Assembly (NCBI GenBank): GCA_049294275.1
Contig: JBAQCQ010000076.1
Location: 3,066-67,065, forward strand
From: Bacteroidales bacterium
GTDB lineage: Bacteria; Bacteroidota; Bacteroidia; Bacteroidales; VadinHA17
Direction of reading: 5' to 3'
Length of the DNA stretch: 64,000 nt
A model generated the notes under the pieces. That model ran no database searches and was not told the origin of the DNA. It was given only the letters and a program-made list of their open reading frames with translations. The position numbers and the translations under genes were made by a program. Positions 1 through 10,100 of the stretch are shown piece after piece (within the stretch, counting starts at the first letter, position 1; each line of letters begins with the position of its first letter).

Positions 1-1
1 C

Positions 2-601
2 GTACGTATTGGCCTGGCAAAGACCGGGGATTTTAAGTCTGTCCGGCGGTTTTCCCTTATCACAGAGGCTGATTACCGTAATGTTGTAATCTTTCCGGGA
101 AAATTTAACGGCCTTTACGCGCGACTCGACCGTCCCCATTCTGAAATATCACCATGGTCAATCTGGATCTCCTATTCTCCTGACCTCAGGTATTGGGGCG
201 AATCAAAGTTAATAATGAAACCTGTTCACTATCACTGGGATGAAATGAAAATAGGGCCGGGAGCGCCTCCGGTAAAAACTGCTCGGGGATGGTTATGCAT
301 TTATCACGGTGTGTTTCCTACCATGGACGGATGCGTTTACAGATTGGGTGTTGCTTTGCATGATCTTGAAGATCCTTCCCGGATAATTGCTGTAGGTGAT
401 GAATGGATTTTGCAACCCGAAGAAACTTATGAGACAACTGGTTATGTGCATAATGTCGTGTTCACATGCGGAGCCGTCCCCGAAGATGATGGCAGTATTA
501 AAATCTATTGGGGGGGGGCCGACAAGGTGATGTGTGTGGGTACCGCAATTATAGAAGATCTTGTTGATCATTGTTTGAATAATCCAAGAATGGCGTTATA
601 G
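2..601 (+). CDS. GH130-family glycoside phosphorylase/hydrolase, C-terminal part (5' end lies outside the window)
   Basis: Frame 2 is open from base 2 (VRIGLAKTGDFKSVRRFSLITEADYRNVVIFPGKFNGLYARLDRP...) and runs into the listed ORF. Motifs GWLCIYHGV, YRLGVALHDLEDP and IYWGGAD fit the GH130/DUF377 beta-propeller family. Confidence 0.75.
   Translation, partial: VRIGLAKTGDFKSVRRFSLITEADYRNVVIFPGKFNGLYARLDRPHSEISPWSIWISYSPDLRYWGESKLIMKPVHYHWDEMKIGPGAPPVKTARGWLCIYHGVFPTMDGCVYRLGVALHDLEDPSRIIAVGDEWILQPEETYETTGYVHNVVFTCGAVPEDDGSIKIYWGGADKVMCVGTAIIEDLVDHCLNNPRMAL
510..518 (+). repeat. G9 homopolymer inside the GH130 coding sequence (codons TGG GGG GGG GCC = WGGA)
   Basis: Read directly: ...ctattg ggggggggcc gac... 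Confidence 0.9.
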
Positions 602-645
602 TTGTCATTAGTGATTGGCAGGTTGAAGGTTATAACATCATTAAT

Positions 646-1677
646 GTGAAGATAGCCGTATTGTCACCTGTTGCCTGGCGAACACCTCCCAGAAAGTATG
701 GCCCGTGGGAACAGGTTTCTTCAAATATTGCAGAAGGGCTGGTGGAAAACGGAGTTGATGTCACTCTGTTTGCCACTGCTGATTCCATTACCAAAGGCAA
801 AATGGAGTTCGTATGTGATCATCCCTATGCGGAATATCCTGATGTTGACCCTAAAGTATGTGAGTGTCTGCATATAAGTAACCTGATGGAGCAGGCGGAT
901 AAGTTCGATTTGATTCATAATAATTTCGATTTCCTTCCACTGACTTATTCACGGTTGATAAGAGTACCTATGGTAACCACAATTCACGGCTTCTCTTCTC
1001 AGAAAATATTACCTGTTTATAAAAAGTATAATGATACCGGCTATTACGTTTCCATTAGTGATTCTGACCGAAGTCCTGAGCTTGATTACGTTGCAACGGT
1101 TTACAATGGGATTAATACCGATGAATTTACATTTTGTCCGGAGCCAGATGATTATCTGTTGTTTTTCGGCAGGATCCATCCTGAAAAGGGTACTTATGAA
1201 TCCATTCAGATAGCTAAACTATCCGGAAGGAGACTAATCATTTCCGGCTTAATCCAGGATCAGGAATATTTTGAAAGTAAGATTAAACCATTTGTCAATG
1301 ATGATGACATTATATATGTGGGCAATTCAGGACCAAAGGAAAGAGATAAACTCATGGGGGAGGCTTATGCGCTTTTGCACCCGATAAGTTTTGAGGAGCC
1401 CTTTGGATTAAGTGTTGCAGAATCAATGGTTTGTGGAACACCCGTTATTGCATTCAGTAAGGGTGCCATGACGGAACTGATCCTTGACAGTAAGACCGGA
1501 TTTTTAGTGAGCACTTTAAATGATGCTGTAGAAGCGGTAAATCATATAAGTTCTATTGACAGAAAATATTGCAGGGATTATGCTGTCTCAAAATTCAGTC
1601 GTCAGAAAATGATAGAAGGATACCTGGCGGTTTATCAGGATGTTTTAAAAATACATAATCGGAAGTCGGATCGATAG
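646..1677 (+). CDS. Glycosyltransferase family 4 (GT-B fold)
   Basis: 343-aa ORF with a GTG start. N-terminus MKIAVLSPVAWRTPPRKYGPWEQV...VDVTLFATADS and C-terminal EPFGLSVAESMVCGTPVIA (E-x7-E type motif) are typical of GT4. Confidence 0.8.
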   Translation: MKIAVLSPVAWRTPPRKYGPWEQVSSNIAEGLVENGVDVTLFATADSITKGKMEFVCDHPYAEYPDVDPKVCECLHISNLMEQADKFDLIHNNFDFLPLTYSRLIRVPMVTTIHGFSSQKILPVYKKYNDTGYYVSISDSDRSPELDYVATVYNGINTDEFTFCPEPDDYLLFFGRIHPEKGTYESIQIAKLSGRRLIISGLIQDQEYFESKIKPFVNDDDIIYVGNSGPKERDKLMGEAYALLHPISFEEPFGLSVAESMVCGTPVIAFSKGAMTELILDSKTGFLVSTLNDAVEAVNHISSIDRKYCRDYAVSKFSRQKMIEGYLAVYQDVLKIHNRKSDR

Positions 1678-1689
1678 CTGCTGCAAATG

Positions 1690-2883
1690 TTACTCACACG
1701 TTGATCCATCCGGACAGTGTCGTATCTTATCAAAGAAAGGGGTACTTTTTTCTTCAACACATTTTACAGCATAAAGATAAAGCGCTGCAGACCATGTTTG
1801 CCAGTTCTGTCCCATGGCTTTGCCGTCCTGGGCTTTCAGCCATTCATTAAACCCAAAATCAATATCTCTGTTATTGGAGGCTTTTATAATACGGGTGAGT
1901 GCCATGAGCTTGTTCTCGGCAAGTTTGTATCTTTTTGCTGCAACTAATGCTGCTACATAAAGGCCACAAATGAATGGCCATATACCTCCATTATGATATT
2001 CTCCGGGGTTGTTATACAACTCATATCGTGCATGCCAGTCAGGATCTTCAGGTTTAACAAAGGGGAAGAAATTAGGTGGGAGATCAACGGCCAGTTCACC
2101 TCTTTCTCTCATGCCTGAACACTCCTCTTCAATCCAGGAGATCATTTCTTCAGACCGGGAGGGGGATGCTATTCCTGAAAGAATGGCAAGACTGTTACCA
2201 AGCAGGTCGAACCGTTCGCTGCTGAATATTTTATAGGACCACAAAGCATAGTAGGGCTTATGTTTTACGACTAGGCCTTCGTGGACATGTTTGTGCATAA
2301 CATCACCGGTAATGGTGAACCTGCTCATTTCATGGCGTACGATGTTTGCTGTGTTGTCTTTTCCCAGGAGTCGAAGATAGCTATAGATCAGGGTGTTCAC
2401 AAACAATCCATATCCCAGTACCCATTGTTCATCGCGCCAGTCGCTTGTCGGTTGCTGGGTAACCAGGTATCGATCGGAGGGACTTTGATACGTCATCCAG
2501 GTCAGAGCTTTATTGACAGCTTCATGAAGAAAATCATGCTCACCTGATAATTCCCGGAAAATAGCAGCACCCAATAAAAACAGAGGAGTTGAATCACTTG
2601 ATCCACGGTCTTCCCTGTCATGAACAAGTGAAGGGATATGGCCATGTTCCGTCTGGTTTTCGGCCAGAGTTTCAAGTACTCTGCGGATGTTCATTATCAG
2701 TTCATGATTCCCGGAGACAGCAATCCCCAGGATGGAAAACATCAGATCCCTTGTATATGGCTCCGGATAACCCCAGCCTGCCGTACGTGGAAGCCCCTGA
2801 TATGGTCCGTGGGCATTATGGATAAGCACTTCAAGAGCTGCATTCTTTGCAGCTCTTATTTCCTCCCAGTCAGTAATTTGCAT
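1690..2883 (-). CDS. GH100-like (alkaline/neutral invertase-like) six-hairpin glycosidase
   Basis: 397-aa ORF. GWGYPEPYTRD, QPTSDWRDEQW and YHNGGIWPFICG resemble GH100 / debranching-enzyme C-terminal (alpha/alpha)6 glycosidases. Confidence 0.6.
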   Translation of the reverse strand: MQITDWEEIRAAKNAALEVLIHNAHGPYQGLPRTAGWGYPEPYTRDLMFSILGIAVSGNHELIMNIRRVLETLAENQTEHGHIPSLVHDREDRGSSDSTPLFLLGAAIFRELSGEHDFLHEAVNKALTWMTYQSPSDRYLVTQQPTSDWRDEQWVLGYGLFVNTLIYSYLRLLGKDNTANIVRHEMSRFTITGDVMHKHVHEGLVVKHKPYYALWSYKIFSSERFDLLGNSLAILSGIASPSRSEEMISWIEEECSGMRERGELAVDLPPNFFPFVKPEDPDWHARYELYNNPGEYHNGGIWPFICGLYVAALVAAKRYKLAENKLMALTRIIKASNNRDIDFGFNEWLKAQDGKAMGQNWQTWSAALYLYAVKCVEEKSTPFFDKIRHCPDGSTCE

Positions 2884-2895
2884 GGATTTGATGGT

Positions 2896-4038
2896 TTATA
2901 CTATCCCCAATTTATCGTTAATTATCTGAACAAAACGTTTCGCTACTACCCGGTAGTCGAAATTTTCAACTACCCGCCTACGTCCGGCTTTACCCATTTT
3001 CCGGCATAAACCCGGATCAGTCATAAGATCCATCAGGTAGTTGGCAATATCATGCACACTCGCACGGTAATCTACTGTCCGTGGCTCTTTAAATACAATT
3101 TTGTGGTTGTTTCTGAAACCAGATTCATCACCAAGGGTTACTTCTTTAACATCGATTTTCTGTGCCACATCTGCCAGGAATGCTGTTTCTCCATGGACAA
3201 GAGTATCAAGCATTCCCATGGCATTAATACTTATTACCGGTTTTTCGCAAGCTCCTGCTTCAACTTGCGGCATTCCAAAACCCTCAAGCCGCGAAGGTGC
3301 CGCATATATGTCGCAAGCGCCAATCAGGTAAGGCATGAAATTACGTGAAATTATATTTGTTGTATATATGACATTTTTATCGATCCCTAAGTGTTTTGCC
3401 AATTCCAGATCAGCCAGATTCTGAAGTTTGGTTCTTGCCTGTGGCCATACTTTGCATACATATTTCCAATCCGGGGCTTTAGAATCAATTATGGCAAGGG
3501 CCTGCATTACTTCCTGTGAACCTTTTGATGCAGCATCGCCACCGACAGTCAGAATCATTTTTTGGTCCGGTGAAACTCCCAACGATTCGCGAACGGTTAA
3601 AATTTTCGGATCATCTTTTTCAAAAGGGGAGAAAGCGTCTGTATCGCATCCAACGGGCAACACCTCAATTATTTCGCTGTCAATTCCGTCGCGGACATAC
3701 ATTTCCTTTACCCAGTTCGATGTTACCAGAATGAGTGGAAGGGCATTAAGTACCTCCTGGTAGTTCGCAATATATCCGTCAGCAACCAGCCAGGGTACCG
3801 CCTGAACTCCATATCGCTGCGGGTGGAGTACCAGATGGGGTGTATGTCCCCAATAACCGACACCAACAACGACATCAGGCTCAAACCAGCGATAATACCA
3901 TTCCTTCTCCTGTGCTGATTCTAAATTTACTGCATGGGCATCAATTCCCATTTTAAGAAGTCCCTTGTATAACAAGTCTCCCTGAGTTGCCAGACCTCCG
4001 GGGGCAGCAGGGTAGTCATATAATAAAAGCACTTTCAT
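2896..4038 (-). CDS. Glycosyltransferase family 4
   Basis: 380-aa ORF. MKVLLLYDYPAAPGGLATQ N-terminus and SRLEGFGMPQVEAGACEKPVI motif. Its start overlaps the stop of the upstream PIG-L gene by 4 bp (ATGA). Confidence 0.75.
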   Translation of the reverse strand: MKVLLLYDYPAAPGGLATQGDLLYKGLLKMGIDAHAVNLESAQEKEWYYRWFEPDVVVGVGYWGHTPHLVLHPQRYGVQAVPWLVADGYIANYQEVLNALPLILVTSNWVKEMYVRDGIDSEIIEVLPVGCDTDAFSPFEKDDPKILTVRESLGVSPDQKMILTVGGDAASKGSQEVMQALAIIDSKAPDWKYVCKVWPQARTKLQNLADLELAKHLGIDKNVIYTTNIISRNFMPYLIGACDIYAAPSRLEGFGMPQVEAGACEKPVISINAMGMLDTLVHGETAFLADVAQKIDVKEVTLGDESGFRNNHKIVFKEPRTVDYRASVHDIANYLMDLMTDPGLCRKMGKAGRRRVVENFDYRVVAKRFVQIINDKLGIV

Positions 4039-4679
4039 GGTAGAACCCCTCCATTATAAAGCCATTTATCTGCATCGTATGGATTAGTAAATTGCCAGAA
4101 TGATTCAGCTTTTGGTGTTGTTTTTGCTTCAAAGCTTTCTTTTTCAAACCCGTACGTTTCTGTTATGATACTCTTTTTCTTCAGCCATATTTGCTCCGTA
4201 AGTATCTGGAAGTAAGAAGAGTTTTCTAAAGGTCTGGGATAATATTTTTTACCGCCATCTTCATAGGCAAAGACCCAAAGTTCACTTGCATTTATCTTAT
4301 CTGCATGCCAGAGCTTTATAACTGATTTGCCAGTTTCCTCATGCCGGACATGTCTTGTATATTCACCGCGTGGATTGTGTGATATAATCAGATCAAAATG
4401 AACAGGAGGCAATAGCTTAAGTATTGTGTGCTCCAACTCAATCTCATCCAGAGGTTTTTGTTCCGGGCCATCGTCCATATCCCCCATTATTCCTTCAGAC
4501 CCTAAAATCTGTAATGTTTTAAAGAACCTGGGAGCACGGTCATTATCGTTCCCCCTGCAAAGACTGACTATGAAACATTTCCATGACGGATTACTCAGTA
4601 TAGTTCCTCCGGCCCATAATGTTTCATCATCAGGATGAGCTACAATAACTGCGACGGATTTTGAGTTTTTATTGTCCAT
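4035..4679 (-). CDS. PIG-L/LmbE-family N-acetylglucosaminyl deacetylase
   Basis: 214-aa ORF. VAVIVAHPDDETLWAGGTIL is the PIG-L zinc-site signature (AHPDDE). Confidence 0.8.
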   Translation of the reverse strand: MDNKNSKSVAVIVAHPDDETLWAGGTILSNPSWKCFIVSLCRGNDNDRAPRFFKTLQILGSEGIMGDMDDGPEQKPLDEIELEHTILKLLPPVHFDLIISHNPRGEYTRHVRHEETGKSVIKLWHADKINASELWVFAYEDGGKKYYPRPLENSSYFQILTEQIWLKKKSIITETYGFEKESFEAKTTPKAESFWQFTNPYDADKWLYNGGVLP

Positions 4680-4687
4680 TGTTGCTG

Positions 4688-6160
4688 CTATCCTGAGTTT
4701 TTAAGTGCAGTCAGGAGTTCAGTCAGATTAATAGATGCGTAAGTTGATGCATAGTCTGACATGCCGTAAGGAATAATCAGATTGCCATTGTGGATGATAG
4801 AACCACAGGAGTAAACTACATTGGGCACATATCCTTCCCTCTCTTCAGTGTTGGGAGTCAACAGAGGTGTTTTTAGCCTGCCAATCTCTTTTTCCGGATC
4901 ATCAAGATCAAATAATGATGCTCCTATAGCGTATTCTCTCATGGATCCAACGCCGTGTGTAATTACCAGCCAGCCCTCTTTCGTCTCAATAGGCGAACCG
5001 CAGTTTCCAACCTGAATCAGCTCCCATGGAAATTTGGGCTTCTGGATAATTTTGGCCTCACGCCAGATATTTATGTTATCAGAATAGGCTATATAATTAT
5101 TCACTCCATCTATACGGCACAGCAAAGCATATTTACCTTTTATCTTCCTGGGAAACAATGCCATACCCTTATTATAGGCAATTTCACCATTAATAGTCAA
5201 TGCTTTGAAATGATAAAAGTTTTTGGTCTCAAGTAACTTTGGCATGATAGTACTGCCATCATAAGCAGTATAAGTAGCATAATAAGTTATTTCGCCGTTT
5301 TCATCTGTGAACTTAACGAAACGTGCATCCTCAATACCATTTTTTTCAGCTTCGGAGGTAGGGAAAATAACTCTTTCAGAAATTGACGAATCGAGTGAAA
5401 AGTCTAGTTCGTAATGAGATTTTGCCAGCCACATCATTTGATTAACGATTAATACTTTATTTGGAGAAAGGTCATGCGTTTTCCTGGTTTCTTCCACTGC
5501 CCTTTTCAATTCTCCATAAGTGAACCTGTCGCCCAGTTTTTCCAACACAAACACCGGAGAAATCTTATTATCGAAATATCTCATTTCTTCCAGCTTCTTA
5601 ATAAATGTGTTTTTATTGTAAATGTGCCTTTTTATCCGTTCTGCTTCTGCCAACATTTTGCCCACAGGTTCGATGACCAGATTACAGTTTTTATCGATAA
5701 CTGCTGAACGAAAAACAATTGATGAAATATGCCCTTCTCCCGTTGCCCTGAAACTAATAATCAGTCTCTTTTCATCAGGCCCTGTTTCCGACTGGTCAGG
5801 ATCTTCAACTATTGATGGATTAAAAAATGCTGCTGATTCAATTGAATATTCCATCGTGAAATATGAGCCTATCAGCGTTTTACGTGCTTTATTATTATTT
5901 CCGGGACTTATTTTCAGTTCTTTCAGCAGACCATCCAGTTTTTTATAATGTGTTTCAAATATTAATGAGATATTCCTATGACGTCTGGCGTAACTTCTCA
6001 ATACCTTATTTAATGCTGTATTTACCTCATCATCAGACATAGACATCACGTTCCGGATAATATTTTTGCTTCTTTCATCGGATGTATAAAGGAAGCGGGC
6101 GATCACCCTGCTGGAATCAGGGGAAAATATAGTATCCTTTCTGGTCACTGTAACCTGCAT
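4688..6160 (-). CDS. GH130-like glycosidase/phosphorylase with a ~200-aa N-terminal extension
   Basis: The C-terminal half (GIEDARFVKF, YYATYTAYDG, GWLVITHGVG, YAIGASLFDLDDP, IPYGMSD) is GH130/DUF377-like. The ORF is open to 6295, but the first 45 codons are AT-rich junk, so the ATG at 6160 (MQVTVTRKD) is preferred. Confidence 0.7.
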   Translation of the reverse strand: MQVTVTRKDTIFSPDSSRVIARFLYTSDERSKNIIRNVMSMSDDEVNTALNKVLRSYARRHRNISLIFETHYKKLDGLLKELKISPGNNNKARKTLIGSYFTMEYSIESAAFFNPSIVEDPDQSETGPDEKRLIISFRATGEGHISSIVFRSAVIDKNCNLVIEPVGKMLAEAERIKRHIYNKNTFIKKLEEMRYFDNKISPVFVLEKLGDRFTYGELKRAVEETRKTHDLSPNKVLIVNQMMWLAKSHYELDFSLDSSISERVIFPTSEAEKNGIEDARFVKFTDENGEITYYATYTAYDGSTIMPKLLETKNFYHFKALTINGEIAYNKGMALFPRKIKGKYALLCRIDGVNNYIAYSDNINIWREAKIIQKPKFPWELIQVGNCGSPIETKEGWLVITHGVGSMREYAIGASLFDLDDPEKEIGRLKTPLLTPNTEEREGYVPNVVYSCGSIIHNGNLIIPYGMSDYASTYASINLTELLTALKNSG

Positions 6161-6270
6161 AGTCGAAATTTGTGATTTATTATTTTTCTGCAAATATAAT
6201 ATATTGATTAAGAATAAATTAGAAAATCTGTCTTCTAATGAGTTTTTATTGACCAGATAATCTATATTGT

Positions 6271-6311
6271 TGATCAGATACCAAATAAGTTGCATTTATG
6301 GTATCTGATCA
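6271..6311. repeat. Perfect 13-bp inverted repeat (TGATCAGATACCA / TGGTATCTGATCA) with a 15-nt spacer
   Basis: Read directly at 6271-6283 and 6299-6311. It lies in the AT-rich spacer between the GH130-like gene start and the copA remnant. Confidence 0.9.
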
Positions 6312-6328
6312 TCATTATTCAACACAGG

Positions 6329-6646
6329 GGAGTAAATCTCGTTTTTCTGCATGCACAACACCTTGATGCAGGAACTGATATAGCAATGCAGAGCGCTGAA
6401 ATCACCCTGGTCAGGGGAGACCTCCGGGGAATAGTCAGGGCAAAGGAACTGAGTGCCAAAGTCATGAAGAATATAAAACAAAACCTGTCCTTTGCCTTTG
6501 TGTACAATTCCATTGGTGTCCCTGTTGCCGCAGGGATCCTTTACCAGTTTTTCGGGTTGTTGCTTAGTCCTGTTATAGCTGCAGCCGCAATGAGCTTCAG
6601 TTCAGTTTCGGTAATCTCCAATGCTTTACGTTTGAGGAAGCAGTAA
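6329..6646 (+). pseudogene. copA: 3' remnant of a heavy-metal (Cu) P1B-type ATPase
   Basis: [42 protein letters not shown]...[22 protein letters not shown]...[19 protein letters not shown] matches only the last ~100 aa (hinge motif plus the last two TM helices) of CopA-type pumps. The preceding ~650 aa are absent and the GDGINDAPALAQAD motif is degenerate. Confidence 0.75.
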
Positions 6647-6742
6647 TTATAAAATTAAAATTGTAATAGCAATGGCACAAAAAAGTTACCAGTGATAATG
6701 CATTTCAATTTTGACTATAACTAATCACAAATTCCCTGAACT

Positions 6743-7057
6743 ATTAAAAACATTGTAGTTGTTTTTACTGCACTCACCTCTTATGTCATCCTGGTTACAG
6801 GATGCGACGGGCAGGGTAACAATGGGAACTATGATGGAACAGCCCGGGAGAACGGCTCATTTTCATCAAATGTGCAACATATTTATTTCACCGGCACCAG
6901 CGAAAGTAACACAGAAATTACCTGCACAGAAGGACCTGTAATAGGTATGATGATGATGGGTGGAAGACTGGCATGTATATCCTGTCATGGAATTAATGCA
7001 GAAGGCGGGAGGCATATTATGCATATGGAAATTATGGATGCACCGGATATCCGGTGA
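6743..7057 (+). pseudogene. Small Met/His-rich CxxCH (cytochrome c-like) lipoprotein, apparently disrupted
   Basis: Frame 2 reads (I)KNIVVVFTALTSYVILVTGC (lipobox), then GMMMMGGRLACISCHG...HIMHMEIMDAPDIR. No ATG/GTG/TTG precedes the signal peptide; only ATT at 6743 is in position. After the TGA at 7055 the frame stays open through SALASGHHDEEV to 7096. Confidence 0.5.
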
Positions 7058-7143
7058 AGTGCCCTGGCATCCGGACACCATGATGAAGAAGTGTAAACCT
7101 TAAAGATAAAATGGCCGAATATGAAGCAGCCTCTCTTTTAATC

Positions 7144-10100
7144 TCAGTAAACTGTTATTCTCTTAATTTCATTGTTTGAATAAATCACCGGGAAGTACAT
7201 CAGCGAGACCCTGGCCGGGTTCATTGCAAACCTGCCGGTGAAACGGGGCATGAGACTTATCTCAAAGGTTCTTATGCCCGGAGAAGCACGGCGGATGAAT
7301 ATTGCCACATGGTCACGGTAAAACTCACGGTGGACCTCACCGGGCCAGTAACCCTTTTTGTCATTATATGCGAATCCTGACGGCACCGGGATCTCAATCA
7401 CGACAAACTCCGCGGATTTATAGAACCCGACCTCAGCTGTCAGTGTCACCGGAATCCCCGACTTCACCTCGTTGCCAGGCACTGACCACCGGGTCGTTAC
7501 CCGGAAGTCGGTGGTGTCTTTCTCCGGACAGGCAATAAAGAGCTTGGTTCCAAGGCTGAGGAAGAGGGGCATGTAACTACTGTTGCGGATGATCACAGGC
7601 TTGGTTTCACGTGACAGGGTAACCCTGTAAGGGAACGAATCAACTACCGCCTCCAAGGCTCCGCTAATGATCATTTCTGCCCTGTCCTCATTTTTACGTT
7701 CCGGTTCGGTATAAAGTGCAAGCGCATTCAGTACCGACGCTGTCTGGAAGGTGTTAAGCGGACTATTCATGGAGAGGTATTCATAAAAATACCTTCTGAC
7801 CAGGTCTGGCCGTGCTATTTTCTGAAGTGTGTCGCGGCAGAGGAGGTCATAGGTGAGGAGGGTGGTCTGCATGTCTGTCTTCATGATATCCCATCTCTCT
7901 GATCCGGTGGTGAAGTATACTCCCCCCAGAACGGTCTCGCGCCTCGCTTTTTCAAGGAAGGAGAGATCGGCAGGAATGTTGTGCCTGAGTCTCAGGCTGG
8001 CAATCCGGATACTGTCTGTCAGAGAAAGGCTGTCTTTGTCGGAGATGATTTTCAGGTAATGGGTATAATCAGCCTTTGCACCGATATCAGAAAGTATCTC
8101 CAGGAGTGACAGGCCGGTGGCTGGTGCAGGGTTCTTTTCCAGAGCCAGGACGGCGAAATCAGTAATACCAGAAATCCCGATGTTAACGGTGTAGCCCAGC
8201 CTGCCTGCCCTCAAGAGTGTTCTTATTACATGCTGCGAGATCCAGTCCTCGGTCCGGGACCGTCCCCACCAGCCCCACAAACCGTCCTCATTACGATTAT
8301 CGAGGAGCTTGCCGATAAGGCTTTTTATCTCTCTTTCGTCGCTTCGGCTGACTTTACCCAGGTGCCTGTCAGTCTCAACTGCGGAGAGATAGCCTGCAAG
8401 TCGCGATGCCATCTGTTCATTGCAGCCATAGACATATCTTATTAACCTGTGGCTTGCTGTTCTCCTGATGTCCGACAATCCTGCCACTGCTGTCAGGTTC
8501 ACCTCTCCGGGCCAGCGGCTGAGGTCAACGGTCAGGGATGAGTCTTTCTCAATAAAGGCAACCATCCCGGAATCGACTTCCACGCCGGCTCTTATTACCG
8601 GGAGGGGACGATACTCACCGTCTTTCAGGCCGGTCTCGGTGGTGAAGGAGTATTCAAGCCGCAGGCTGTCTGATCCGCCAGCCATCACTGGCAGGGTGTC
8701 AACCACCGCCTCGGCGAGGTCACGCTTCCGGTCAACCAGTGTGTCTGTGTTACAGATGAATCTTTCTGTCAATGACACAGGCACGCCGGTATGATTCATT
8801 ATCCGGCCGATAAGGTTAAGGGAGTCGCCCTCAACCACATAATGGGGTGCTGACAGCAGGCCTGTCACCGGCATGAATGCCCTGATGGTTCCTTTGGCCG
8901 AGCCTGCCTGACGGTTACCATTGATGGCAACGGCAAATGTCTCCCATGAAGTGATGTCATCAGGGAACTTAACGGTGAATGTAGCTTTCCCCGAGTCGTC
9001 TGTGCGAAGGTCAGGCTTCCAGTAGCCGTAGTCGCGGAAGTTCCTGCGCAATGTCCCGGCAGTCATAGCCTCTTCCAGGAACTGTTCATCCACCAGCGGG
9101 TCACTTTCCGCAGCAGCAGCGATGACACCTCCGGGCTTCATGGTCAGCATGATGACTCCTCCTGCGGCCCTTGATCCGTAGAGAGCGGTCATGGCCGGGT
9201 CCTTAACCACCGTGATGTTCTTAAGCAGTTCAGGATCAATAAGACTCATGTCGCCGCTCCATGGCACACCGTCTATGATAATAAGCGGAGGAGTCGCGTC
9301 AACTGATGAGACGCCTCTTATCATGATGGAACGGCCGTCTGACACCTCCACACCTGCTGCTCTTCCGGCCAGCGAATTGACAGTCACAACAGATGCAGAG
9401 AGGTTTTCCCTCCGCGAGATGCCGTAGCCCACCACCACAACTTCGTCCATGTGCAAAACCTCTTCCTCCAGGACCACCTCCAACTGGTTTTCATATGATA
9501 CGTCGATCTCATAGGGCTTCATCCCTATAAAGTTGAAAGTCAGTTTGTGATTTCCGAAGGGAAGCCGGATTAAGTATTTACCGTCTATATCGGTTATTGT
9601 ACCGAAGCCATTCTCCCGGCAATAGACGGTGACACCAGGCAGTTTTTCCCCGTCTGACAGACAGGTAACCACTCCGGATACTGCGAATCCCGGTCCGTCA
9701 TAGGCGTTTACATCCTGCCTTGTAAACTCCTGCATTAGTTGCCGTTCCAGCGAGGTTGCGGTTCCCGGCCGGGCTCCGGGGGCATTGATCATCTCAATGA
9801 TCTTCCTGTATAATTCCGGGTCATCTGACATTTCTGCCCGGGCCATATCGATGAAGGTGGCGCTGTTGCTCCTGACTTCGACGGAGTCAATAACTGACTG
9901 GCGCCCACCCGAAAAGAAGGAGATGAACCTGTAAAAACCAGGTTCGATATTGGTTAAAGCCTTATCATGTCCCTGCCTGTCATAGACGGCCCTTCCTGCA
10001 ACTGAGACCAGGAAGTTGACAACCGGGTTGGCATTCTCCTCTGTAGAGCTGTTTATTATCTGTACGGATCCGTTCCCGGGAAGTGTTTTTTCACTGCGTG

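Noticed and set aside
6161-6295. N-terminal 45 codons of the 535-aa ORF ([24 protein letters not shown]...).
   Set aside because: AT-rich, Asn/Ile/Leu-rich sequence that overlaps the inverted repeat and spacer. The internal ATG at 6160 gives a sensible N-terminus.
6759-6941. 60-aa track ORF (MFLLHSPLMSSWLQDATGR...).
   Set aside because: It is in the wrong frame. The overlapping frame 2 encodes the lipoprotein signal and the CxxCH / Met-rich protein.
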